Shown: positions 1 through 8,627 of the stretch, one piece after another | Numbering within the stretch: the stretch's first letter is position 1 | How the letters are laid out: each line of letters starts with the position of its first letter | Source of the DNA: Planctomycetaceae bacterium | GTDB taxonomy: Bacteria > Planctomycetota > Planctomycetia > Planctomycetales > Planctomycetaceae | Direction: 5' to 3' | Assembly: GCA_045105495.1 (NCBI GenBank) | Contig: JBGCDN010000215.1 | Location: 1-39,022, forward strand | DNA: 39,022 nucleotides | Position numbers and translations under genes: made by a program | Notes under the pieces: generated by a model | Database searches by the model: none | What the model was told of the DNA's origin: nothing | The model's input: only the letters and a program-made list of their open reading frames with translations

Positions 1-148
1 GAGCTCTATCCAACAAACGCGAGGGCGACGAAACAACTGGAAGTCGCTTCGTGTGATGAGGTACTGAAAGAGTTGCCACAAGTTCTTGGTACTTCGTCAC
101 CGCTACTGTATACCCTGTGCAAACGCATTCACGAGAACGGCTCACGCA

Positions 149-3100
149 ATGACAATTCGCGTCGCACTAAACCACACCACCGCCTACACCTATGATCGAC
201 GAATTAATGTCGGTCCACAAACAATCCGCCTGCGCCCAGCAGTGCATTGTCGGACGCCGATTCAGAGCTATTCGCTGGAAATCGATCCGGCTGATCACTT
301 TCTGAACTGGCAGCAGGACCCACATGGCAACTTCCTCGCGCGGGCTGTGTTTGCTGATCCGATTGAGCGATTGAGTTTCTCGGTGAGTCTCGTTGCCGAC
401 ATGACGGTCATCAATCCGTTTGGGTTCTTCGTCGAAGAAGCCGCCGAAGAGATTCCGTTCGAATACGCACCTGAGCTCAAACGAGATCTTGCTCCGTGGC
501 TGATTGTCGATGACAACGGAAAAGAATTCGCGAAGTACTTCGAGACCATCAATCGCAAACCGAGGCGGACGATCGACTTTCTGGTCGAGGTGAACCAAAA
601 ACTCAGCGAAGACATCGACTACCTGATTCGAATGGAACCCGGTGTTCAGTCGTGCAAAGAAACGCTGACAAAGAAGTCCGGGTCCTGCCGCGATTCGGCG
701 TGGCTGCTGGTTCAGCTTCTCAGACAATATGGGCTCGCCGCGCGGTTTGTTTCGGGGTACCTGATTCAGTTGGTGGCCGACCAGAAATCGCTCGACGGAC
801 CATCCGGTCCGGAAGAAGATTTCACCGACCTGCATGCCTGGACCGAAGTTTATCTGCCGGGAGCCGGTTGGATTGGTCTCGATCCGACGTCCGGCTTGCT
901 TGCTGGCGAAGGGCACATTCCGCTTGCGTGTTCTCCTCAACCAACCGCCGCTGCGCCAATTACAGGAACACTGGATGAGTGCGAAGTCGAATTCGATTTC
1001 TCAATGTCGGTCACTCGCATCCACGAAGATCCTCGCGTCACAAAACCGTACACCGATCAGCAATGGAAACGCGTTTTGAAGCTGGGCGATGTGGTCGATC
1101 AGCATCTCGAAGACAACGATGTCCGGCTCACAATGGGTGGCGAACCAACCTTCGTCTCAATCGACGATCAGGAAGGCGAAGAATGGAACGGCGGCGCGGT
1201 TGGGGAACATAAGCAGCGGCTTTCCATTGAACTCGTCAAACGGCTGCGCGATCGGTACGCGGGCAACGGACTACTGCACTTTGGTCAGGGAAAATGGTAC
1301 CCCGGTGAATCGCTGCCACGTTGGGCGCATACCTGCATGTGGCGAACCGATGGTGAACCGCTCTGGTCTCGCATGGACTTACTAACTGAACCAGACGCAC
1401 CTCGGACCGACACCACCAACACCGCGGCCGACTTCATGATTCGACTCTCACAATCGCTCGACGTGAAACCTGAAAACGTCGTTGCGGCATTCGAAGATGT
1501 CCTGACGGTCGTCGAACAGGAACAAAACGTTCCGATCGATGAAGACCCGTCAGAGTTCGATGCAGATAGCAGCGAAGACCGACGTCGTTTGGCGCGCATT
1601 CTCACCCGCGGAGTCACAGTACCTGCCGGCTTCGTCCTGCCGCTCCAGCGCGCGTGGTGGCAGGCGCGGGCGAAGTGGGCGTCGGGACCATGGCCGTTTC
1701 GCAGCGGCCGTATGGTTCTGATACCTGGAGATTCGCCGGTCGGCTTGCGATTGCCGCTGGAACGCCTGCCATCAGAGTTTCGTTCGAAGTGGATCGTTCC
1801 ACGCGATCCAACGATGCAGCATGGCGATCTTGTGAACTACGCGAGTCTCCGAGCCGCCGCGGCCGAACGCGTGGCGTCGCTTCGGGAAACAACGATTCAG
1901 GAACAGAGTCGCCAGTTGATGGATGCGGATGAAGACCTTGGCTGGACTCCCACCAACCTCGTTCCCGCCAGCCCGGTTGTGACAACGGCACTTTGTGTGG
2001 AAGTGCGCAACGGAAAACTATGTGTCTTTCTGCCACCGGTCGCCAGCCTGGAAGACTATGTCGACCTGGTCGCGCATGTCGAAGCGACCGCAGAAGCGAT
2101 GGACACGCCCGTAATTCTGGAAGGCTATTTGCCACCGCACGATTCGCGTCTGCAGATGATTAAAGTCACGCCGGACCCTGGTGTAATTGAAGTCAACGTA
2201 CATCCCACTTCCAGCTGGCGCGAATTGGTTAGCCAAACCGAAGCCATCTATCGCGACGCACGACAAACGCGACTTGGAACGGAGAAGTTTCAGGTCGATG
2301 GTCGTCATACCGGCACCGGCGGCGGCAACCACATTGTGATGGGCGGGGCGACCCCGTTGGATAGCCCGTTTCTACGCCGGCCAGATGTGCTGCGTAGTTT
2401 TGTTGGCTACTGGAACGATCACCCAGCACTGTCGTATGTCTTCTCTGGCATGTTCATCGGTCCCACCAGTCAAGCGCCCCGAGTTGACGAAGGCCGCGCG
2501 GATGCGATGTATGAATTGGAACTCGCGTTCCAGCAAATCCCCGAAGCTGGAACCACCGAAATCTCGCCGTGGCTGGTCGACCGTGTCTTCCGCAATCTGC
2601 TGGTCGATCTAACTGGCAACACTCACCGTGCCGAATTCTGTATCGACAAACTGTTCTCACCCGATTCGTCCACTGGCCGTCTTGGCCTGGTAGAACTTCG
2701 CGCGTTCGAGATGCCGCCGCACGAGCGAATGAGCCTTGCTCAGCAACTGCTGGTTCGCGGATTGCTGGCCATGTTTTGGAAGCAGCCGTACCACACCAAT
2801 CTCACGCGGTGGGGTACGACGCTACACGACCGGTTCATGCTGCCGTGGTTCCTGGACCGCGATCTTCAAAAAGTCATCGCGGACCTGAACCAGTTTGGCT
2901 TTGCCTTCGAAGCCGACTGGTTCGCGCCGCATCTGGAATTCCGTTGCCCGAAGATGGGCGAAATCCAAATCGACGATACGCATCTTGAAGTCCGTCAGGC
3001 CATGGAACCATGGTACGTGCTTGGTGAAGAACCAGGCGGCGGTGGTACGGCTCGCTATGTGGATTCGTCTGTGGAGCGGTTACAGGTTCTGGTCACAAAC

Positions 3101-3487
3101 CTGCCTCCCAACCACGCCGTCTGCGTCAACGGCGTGCAGATTCCCCTTCGCGAATCCGAACAATCAGGAACACATGTCGCTGGCGTTCGTTACAGAGCAT
3201 GGCAGCCACCAAGCTGCCTGCAACCAACGATTCCAGTGAACACGCCGCTGACGTTCGACATCGTGAACCTCGCGCAGAACCGGTCAATCGCCGGTTGCCA
3301 GTATCACATCGACGAACCCGGCGGCATCAACTCTCCGGGCTTCCCAGTCAACGCCCTCGAAGCCGAATCCCGCCGCGCCGCGCGGTTCAAAGCCATCGGT
3401 CACACTCCTGGAGTTTTGGAACCGAAGATCATCCGCCAAAGCGACGCTTTCCCGTTCACTCTGGATCTAAGGTGGGTTCACGTCTAG
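149..3487 (+). CDS. Large transglutaminase-family protein (Bact_transglu_N + transglutaminase core + DUF2126-type C-terminal region)
   Basis: The ORF runs 86..3487 from a TTG. The first ATG at 149 gives MTIRVALNHTTAYTYD...IRLRP, typical of the bacterial transglutaminase N-terminal domain. A Cys/His/Asp core is present (GSCRDSAWLL, DLHAWTEVYL, GLDPTSG). An ~800-aa conserved C-terminal extension follows. Confidence 0.85.
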   Translation: MTIRVALNHTTAYTYDRRINVGPQTIRLRPAVHCRTPIQSYSLEIDPADHFLNWQQDPHGNFLARAVFADPIERLSFSVSLVADMTVINPFGFFVEEAAEEIPFEYAPELKRDLAPWLIVDDNGKEFAKYFETINRKPRRTIDFLVEVNQKLSEDIDYLIRMEPGVQSCKETLTKKSGSCRDSAWLLVQLLRQYGLAARFVSGYLIQLVADQKSLDGPSGPEEDFTDLHAWTEVYLPGAGWIGLDPTSGLLAGEGHIPLACSPQPTAAAPITGTLDECEVEFDFSMSVTRIHEDPRVTKPYTDQQWKRVLKLGDVVDQHLEDNDVRLTMGGEPTFVSIDDQEGEEWNGGAVGEHKQRLSIELVKRLRDRYAGNGLLHFGQGKWYPGESLPRWAHTCMWRTDGEPLWSRMDLLTEPDAPRTDTTNTAADFMIRLSQSLDVKPENVVAAFEDVLTVVEQEQNVPIDEDPSEFDADSSEDRRRLARILTRGVTVPAGFVLPLQRAWWQARAKWASGPWPFRSGRMVLIPGDSPVGLRLPLERLPSEFRSKWIVPRDPTMQHGDLVNYASLRAAAAERVASLRETTIQEQSRQLMDADEDLGWTPTNLVPASPVVTTALCVEVRNGKLCVFLPPVASLEDYVDLVAHVEATAEAMDTPVILEGYLPPHDSRLQMIKVTPDPGVIEVNVHPTSSWRELVSQTEAIYRDARQTRLGTEKFQVDGRHTGTGGGNHIVMGGATPLDSPFLRRPDVLRSFVGYWNDHPALSYVFSGMFIGPTSQAPRVDEGRADAMYELELAFQQIPEAGTTEISPWLVDRVFRNLLVDLTGNTHRAEFCIDKLFSPDSSTGRLGLVELRAFEMPPHERMSLAQQLLVRGLLAMFWKQPYHTNLTRWGTTLHDRFMLPWFLDRDLQKVIADLNQFGFAFEADWFAPHLEFRCPKMGEIQIDDTHLEVRQAMEPWYVLGEEPGGGGTARYVDSSVERLQVLVTNLPPNHAVCVNGVQIPLRESEQSGTHVAGVRYRAWQPPSCLQPTIPVNTPLTFDIVNLAQNRSIAGCQYHIDEPGGINSPGFPVNALEAESRRAARFKAIGHTPGVLEPKIIRQSDAFPFTLDLRWVHV

Positions 3488-3556
3488 CCGGACACACACG
3501 CGAGCAATTCGTTTTCGGTTGCGTTCGTACTTCATAGGCTCACATTGAGAAGCCAA

Positions 3557-3874
3557 TCACTGGTCAGATCTCGTGCGCAGTTGATCAATCACTTTGGCTC
3601 GCACGGACTCTACCATTGCGTCAAGGGCTGTCCCTGCTCTTACCTTCGTCCCACTTGGGTAGTAAGACTCAACATACTGAACCATGGACTCGGCTTCCGC
3701 AGCAGTCTTCGGTTCATCTGCGAATCGATACAACTCTGTAACCATGCTGGCCGCCATCCCTGCCTCCAACGTCATCCTCGCGTAAGCGAGCCCAAATAGA
3801 AGATTCAAGATTAGTGAGAGGCCAAGTGCGATCAGCAACACTGACCTGGCTCGATCTCTGGCTACATCGGTCAT
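3557..3874 (-). CDS. Hypothetical single-pass membrane protein (105 aa)
   Basis: The ATG start lies 7 nt downstream of the secA-like stop on the same strand. There is one N-terminal hydrophobic helix (VLLIALGLSLILNLLFGLAYA) followed by a ~70-aa soluble part. No family was recognised. Confidence 0.5.
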   Translation of the reverse strand: MTDVARDRARSVLLIALGLSLILNLLFGLAYARMTLEAGMAASMVTELYRFADEPKTAAEAESMVQYVESYYPSGTKVRAGTALDAMVESVRAKVIDQLRTRSDQ

Positions 3875-3881
3875 CTCTACT

Positions 3882-6248
3882 TCACTTTGCTGCGGGTTGC
3901 TCTCGCCAATTGTTGATGAGACGGCCGATGCCTTTGGTGAGTTGACTAAGAACTCCGCCTTTCGGATTGTCCGTAATCATGTAAGTCCATGTCGAAGACG
4001 GTGCCTTCAGGCCTTCGTTATCCAGATCGATACCGTTCGGAGTGATCACGGCCGTGGTCATCGTTTCAATAATCAGGTCATTGATCGTCTTAAGCAACGA
4101 CCGATATTCGCGATTCATTTCTTTGTTGAATTCGTAAAACGCATTGAACCCACCAAGGCTCACAAGATGAATGTTCTCTCGGATCTGAGCGGCATGTTCC
4201 AAATGGTCGCTCCAACAACGATCAATGTGGCGAACAGCAACACGTGATTCGGACTCATTGATGAGTGGTTCGCCCCAGCGGTCAATGAGTTCGCGATAGA
4301 ACTCCGGTTTGGCATCGCGAAGGTAAGTGGGAATCGTCTTGCGGTGGATTAATCGACTTCGCAGTTCGGCGACCTCTCGCCGTTGCCGTTCCAACAGGAA
4401 CGCGTACTTCCGCAACAAACGTCGGATGTCAAAACTCTGCCCTTCGATCACGCGTTGCAAGTGAGCAATCCGATTTGCAACTTCTGGATTGGATAGAGAT
4501 CCGTCTGATTCAACGACCTGCCCTTCCGCGATGTTCTCGGCACCAAATCGTGACAGGAGACTGTCTTCAAGACTAACGAAGAAACGCGATTCACCCGGGT
4601 CGCCTTGTCGGCCAGAACGTCCACGCAACTGATTGTCGATACGGCGACTCTCATTTCGATTCGTCCCGATAACATACAATCCACCCAGCGCCACGACCTC
4701 GTCGCGTTGGCGTTCGTCGCTTCCGCCCAGCTTGATGTCTGTTCCTCGGCCAGCCATGTTTGTGGAAATTGTCACCGCCCCCAACGCGCCGGCTTCCGCG
4801 ATAATTTCGGCTTCTTCAAAGTCGTTGGCTGCGTTCAGAACGCGACACAGTACTCCAGTGTCAGACAACGCGTTTGCGAGCTGTTCTGATTCGTCAACAC
4901 TGGCAGTTCCCACAAGAACCGGACGTCGTCTGGCGTGTTCAGAACGAATCTCATTCACCAGCGAAACCAGCTTCGCCTGTTTATTAACGAACACTCGATC
5001 CGCGTGGTCTACTCGAATCCACGATCGATTCGGCGGAACGACAACCACTTTCAGGTCGTAGAATTCATCCAGCTCGCCAGTCGATTCCTGAGCCGTTCCC
5101 GACATGCCAGAGAGACCATCGTAGAGTTCCAAAAAGTACTGCATCGTGATGGAGTTCAGAATGCGGCCTTGCGGTTCAATCTTCAGGCTTTCCTTGGCTT
5201 CCAGTGCGGCTTGGATTCCGCCGGGCCAACGGCGATTGTCAGCCACACGCCCGGTGAATTCGTCAATCAGCTCAATGCGACCATCGCGAACGATGTAGTC
5301 GATGTCGCGTTTGAGAAGCACTTGGGCGTGGAGTGCGACGTTGAGTCGAGACAGTAGCCCAACGTTTGCTTCGCTGTGAAGTTGTCCGCAACCAAAGGTT
5401 CGTTCCAGACTCGCAATTCCGAAGTCTGTGAACGTGCAGTTTCGACCGTTGGTTTGAACCACAAAATCACGACCGTGCTGTTGTTGGCCAATCAACGTCG
5501 CCACGCGATACAAATCGGTGTCGTCGCGTTCGTCTTCAGTCGCCAGGACCAATGGAATACGAGCCTCATCAATCAGGCTCGAATCGGCCTCGTCTACAAT
5601 CGCAAACGGAAACCCCCGATGAACACGCTGCGACACGTCTTCGCAGCTCTCATCTCGCAGGTAGTCAAACCCGGCTTCTTTCGCAGTGACGTAAGTAACG
5701 TCGCAGCCGTAACCCGCTTTGCGTTCCGCTTTGGTCATGCCTTCCTGAACAGAACCAACCGTCAGGCCAAAGAAAGCGTAGAACGGCCTCATCCAATCGG
5801 CGTCGCGTCCGGCCAGGTAATCGTTGAAGGTCAGAATATGGACACCGGTTTCGGCTCGTGCGCGCAGGCAAACAGCCAGCGCCGCGGCGAGAGTCTTTCC
5901 TTCGCCGGTGTACATCTCCACGCACTTCTGATCATGCAGCGCAAGGGCAGCCAATAGCTGCACGTCGTATGGCCTTAGCCCAACCGTTCGAGCAGCCACC
6001 TCCCGAGCCACCGCCATCAGTTCAATCGTCGAAGGTTGCGTTTCGCGTTTCAGAAACGCATCGCGTGTTAGCTTGGCATGCGACTTGAGATCCGAATCGG
6101 AGAGTTCTTTCAGAAGCTCTGAACGCTCTGAGATTCTATCTACGACTGTCGTGTACTTGCGGTTCGTTAAAGCGATCCGATGACGCAGACGGAATGCAAT
6201 TTCGTAGAGTTTCGAACCGAATTTTCTCATCACGGCAGGACAATCCAT
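3882..6248 (-). CDS. secA: SecA-family preprotein translocase ATPase, short SecA2-like paralogue lacking the C-terminal zinc-finger tail
   Basis: SecA motor motifs are present: MYTGEGKTLAAALA, IVDEADSSLIDEARIPLVLA, TNMAGRGTDIKLGG and ESRRIDNQLRGRSGRQGDPGESRFFVSLED. The longest ORF starts at TTG 6284. The ATG at 6248 is preceded by GGAGG with a 5-nt spacer and gives MDCPAVMRKFGSKLY (788 aa). Confidence 0.85.
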   Translation of the reverse strand: MDCPAVMRKFGSKLYEIAFRLRHRIALTNRKYTTVVDRISERSELLKELSDSDLKSHAKLTRDAFLKRETQPSTIELMAVAREVAARTVGLRPYDVQLLAALALHDQKCVEMYTGEGKTLAAALAVCLRARAETGVHILTFNDYLAGRDADWMRPFYAFFGLTVGSVQEGMTKAERKAGYGCDVTYVTAKEAGFDYLRDESCEDVSQRVHRGFPFAIVDEADSSLIDEARIPLVLATEDERDDTDLYRVATLIGQQQHGRDFVVQTNGRNCTFTDFGIASLERTFGCGQLHSEANVGLLSRLNVALHAQVLLKRDIDYIVRDGRIELIDEFTGRVADNRRWPGGIQAALEAKESLKIEPQGRILNSITMQYFLELYDGLSGMSGTAQESTGELDEFYDLKVVVVPPNRSWIRVDHADRVFVNKQAKLVSLVNEIRSEHARRRPVLVGTASVDESEQLANALSDTGVLCRVLNAANDFEEAEIIAEAGALGAVTISTNMAGRGTDIKLGGSDERQRDEVVALGGLYVIGTNRNESRRIDNQLRGRSGRQGDPGESRFFVSLEDSLLSRFGAENIAEGQVVESDGSLSNPEVANRIAHLQRVIEGQSFDIRRLLRKYAFLLERQRREVAELRSRLIHRKTIPTYLRDAKPEFYRELIDRWGEPLINESESRVAVRHIDRCWSDHLEHAAQIRENIHLVSLGGFNAFYEFNKEMNREYRSLLKTINDLIIETMTTAVITPNGIDLDNEGLKAPSSTWTYMITDNPKGGVLSQLTKGIGRLINNWREQPAAK

Positions 6249-6339
6249 AGGTACCTCCATCGAGCATGCGGACAGATGCCGCAACGAAGAAGGCTCGTGT
6301 CTGGATCATAGCCGTTTTCAAAAACCTGCACGTAATGCT

Positions 6340-6377
6340 GGCCGCAACCTTGATTCCATTAGGTCAAAGTTGCGGCC
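6340..6377 (-). terminator. Strong stem-loop just downstream of flgE (possible terminator, attenuator or mRNA-stabilising hairpin)
   Basis: ggccgcaac (6340-6348) pairs with gttgcggcc (6369-6377), a 9-bp perfect stem. An inner ttga/tcaa extension adds 4 bp. On the minus strand the hairpin starts 26 nt after the flgE stop. The U-run (GGUUUUU) begins about 15 nt after the stem, so it is not a textbook intrinsic terminator. Confidence 0.35.
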
Positions 6378-6402
6378 TGCTACGGGCGTTTACTCCCGAT
6401 CA

Positions 6403-8067
6403 CTACCGAATAATTCCATTCAGTTCCTGAAGCACTTCATCTGTCACCGTGATCGTTCGAGCACTCGCTGAGAAGCCTCGCTGAGCAACAATCAGCTGAG
6501 TGAACTCAAGAGCAACATCAACGGTCGACGCTTCCAGCTGACCAATTCGAACAGACCCACGACCGCCGGTTGTTCCCGAACCAATATTCGCTTCGCCACT
6601 CACAGCTGACTCTGCGTATTGATTACTTCCCCGAGCGTCGAGGCCCGATTGGTTTTGGAATGTTGCCATCGCAATTTGAGCAATCACAACTCGGCGACCG
6701 TTGGATGCGATCCCTTCAATGATTCCATCTTCTGTGATACTGGCTTCCAGCAATTCACCAGCCGGGAATCCATCCTGCGTTGTCCGTGTTGCTGACGGGT
6801 TGGATGTTTGAGTCAACCCGTTGAACTGGTTTGGTGTTCCCAGTTCGACTTCGATTGTCTGCGGATTCGCCTGGCCATCAAACTGAAATGTAAAGCTCGC
6901 ATCCCCGATACCAACCGATTCCACTTGCTGGAACGAACCATCTTCACCAAAGCGGATTCGTTGGATCTCACCATCAATGATGGAACCAGAATCTTCATCG
7001 ATGGATGCCCTGATGCTCCACTCGTTGTTGTCGACCTTCTGGTACTGAAGCTGGATAATGTGAGCCCGACCTTGCTGATCAAAGACCTCCACAGAACTGT
7101 CTACGACTGCTCCATCATTACCGGTTTCACCAATCAGCATTCGGTGAGCGGCGAGGTTCATTGAACCGGTGTTCCCGGTCGCCCCTTCCAGGTCGAGGCT
7201 CAGCAGAGATTCTCCGGTAGCATCTGCTGTCAGCGTGAAGGTTCCGTCACCATCAATCGAGGCTGTTGCACCTGGGAACGCGGCACTCACGGCGGTGACT
7301 AGGTCTCCAACGGTTGTAGTGCCGTCGACTGCCATCGATGTCGATAGCGGAGTGCCGTCTGCGTCTGAGCCGACGATGTTGATTCGGTCGCCCGTAACAA
7401 ACGGGTTAATGCTGGTGTCGAGATCGTTCAGTAGTGTCGCGGCAGTTGCGGGGGCTCCACCGTCCAACATTGGTGCGGCTGAGACGAGGGTTCTCGAAAG
7501 TGGCTTGGCCGCACTTGCATCGAGGTTCCCTTCCAGTTCAAGGTTCGTTGTGACCACACCGGGAAGCTGAGTACCGAATGGAATGACAATTCGATCGTCG
7601 CCGGGTTCCTGGAACCCGATGCCGGGCCCATCAATGTCACCGAGTGTTCCCAAGCGTTGAACCGCAAGACCGGTTCCAGCATCAACCAACATGCCATCCG
7701 TATCCAGTTGGAACGATCCCGCACGGGTGTAGAGATTGGTGTTATCGGCGCCGTTGAGAACAAAGAATCCGCCACCATCGATAGCAAAGTCAAACTCGCC
7801 GCCAGTCTCTTCCAGCGTTCCCTGACCAAACGCGATGCTTACGTGAGAGATGCGTACGCCACTACCAACCTGAATCGCGCCGGTTCCGCTGGACGTCGTC
7901 GAAGCCCCGGCCACAGGCTTCACTTCCTGGTAAATCATGTCAGCAAATCGAGTTCTTCGGGCCTTGTATCCGGTGGTATTGACGTTGGCGAGGTTGTGTC
8001 CAACGACATCCAGCTTTCGCTGGTGCGCAAGGAGTCCGGAAAGGCCCGCTGACAGTGAAGTTGACAT
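6403..8067 (-). CDS. flgE: Flagellar hook protein FlgE
   Basis: The N-terminus reads LSGLLAHQRKLDVVGHNLANVNTTGYK and the C-terminus reads LEASTVDVALEFTQLIVAQRGFSASARTITVTDEVLQEL, both rod/hook family signatures. The 554-aa protein has a large variable central region. A GGAG lies 7 nt upstream of the ATG. Confidence 0.92.
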   Translation of the reverse strand: MSTSLSAGLSGLLAHQRKLDVVGHNLANVNTTGYKARRTRFADMIYQEVKPVAGASTTSSGTGAIQVGSGVRISHVSIAFGQGTLEETGGEFDFAIDGGGFFVLNGADNTNLYTRAGSFQLDTDGMLVDAGTGLAVQRLGTLGDIDGPGIGFQEPGDDRIVIPFGTQLPGVVTTNLELEGNLDASAAKPLSRTLVSAAPMLDGGAPATAATLLNDLDTSINPFVTGDRINIVGSDADGTPLSTSMAVDGTTTVGDLVTAVSAAFPGATASIDGDGTFTLTADATGESLLSLDLEGATGNTGSMNLAAHRMLIGETGNDGAVVDSSVEVFDQQGRAHIIQLQYQKVDNNEWSIRASIDEDSGSIIDGEIQRIRFGEDGSFQQVESVGIGDASFTFQFDGQANPQTIEVELGTPNQFNGLTQTSNPSATRTTQDGFPAGELLEASITEDGIIEGIASNGRRVVIAQIAMATFQNQSGLDARGSNQYAESAVSGEANIGSGTTGGRGSVRIGQLEASTVDVALEFTQLIVAQRGFSASARTITVTDEVLQELNGIIR

Positions 8068-8161
8068 CTAGAATCTCCGCAGGGTGTTTGGATTTTTGAT
8101 TGTGGGGGGAAGACGCCGACTGCGTGGGTCGAGCATTGGCGTACAAGTAAAGCGTGTGTTT

Positions 8162-8205
8162 CGGACTCACACTTCACGACAAATCGTCGCGCGAAATTGA
8201 GTCCG
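8162..8205 (-). promoter_or_regulatory. Stem-loop in the flgD-flgE intergenic region
   Basis: cggactca (8162-8169) pairs with tgagtccg (8198-8205), an 8-bp stem. A nested cgac/gtcg hairpin sits in the 28-nt loop. On the transcript it lies about 10 nt after the flgD stop. Confidence 0.25.
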
Positions 8206-8214
8206 CAGGTCGTT

Positions 8215-8586
8215 CTAAGCCGTGAGTCGTTGAATTCGATCAAGCGAAACCAAGTCACCATCAACAACAAGCGAGACGTCGTTGTTGTTCACTTCGACCG
8301 CATCAACCACACCGGTGTCACGGCCATCTTCGCCGAAGTATTCGACCGTCTTGCCAATCAACGCGCTGCCTTGAGTCAGCTCGTCAATCTTTTGGCCATC
8401 CTGATTGGCCTGCAACATGGTCTCGAAGTTCGCGTTCATTTTCTCGATGCCTTCCAGCGTCGAGAACTGCGCAAGCTGCGCGATGAACTCTTCCTGACCG
8501 ACTGGTTCCAGCGGGTCTTGATTCTGCATCTGAGCGACCAGAAGACTGAGGAACTGATCGCGCGATGAATCGGCAGTGGTGATCAT
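8215..8586 (-). CDS. flgD: Flagellar hook capping/assembly protein FlgD (short form, 123 aa)
   Basis: The N-terminal FlgD signature DQFLSLLVAQMQNQDPLEP is present. The gene sits between fliK and flgE. Confidence 0.85.
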   Translation of the reverse strand: MITTADSSRDQFLSLLVAQMQNQDPLEPVGQEEFIAQLAQFSTLEGIEKMNANFETMLQANQDGQKIDELTQGSALIGKTVEYFGEDGRDTGVVDAVEVNNNDVSLVVDGDLVSLDRIQRLTA

Positions 8587-8627
8587 GCTTTTCTAATTTC
8601 TCTGGAAAGGATGTTGGAAGAAACGGT

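Noticed and set aside
1-192. An open frame runs from the window edge to a stop at 190-192 (…ELYPTNARATKQLEVASCDEVLKELPQVLG…). It might be the 3' end of an upstream gene.
   Set aside because: No start is visible and no motif was recognised. It would overlap the transglutaminase start by 44 nt. It cannot be supported from this window.
167-940. Long antisense or alternative-frame ORFs inside confidently assigned genes. Examples: 167..940 (-), 1614..2135 (-), 13595..14206 (-), 16115..16735 (-), 19594..20196 (-), 27044..27612 (-), 35398..35949 (-).
   Set aside because: They lie entirely within genes that have strong family signatures. Their compositions are Arg/Ser/Pro-rich, typical of shadow frames in GC-rich DNA, and they carry no recognisable motifs.
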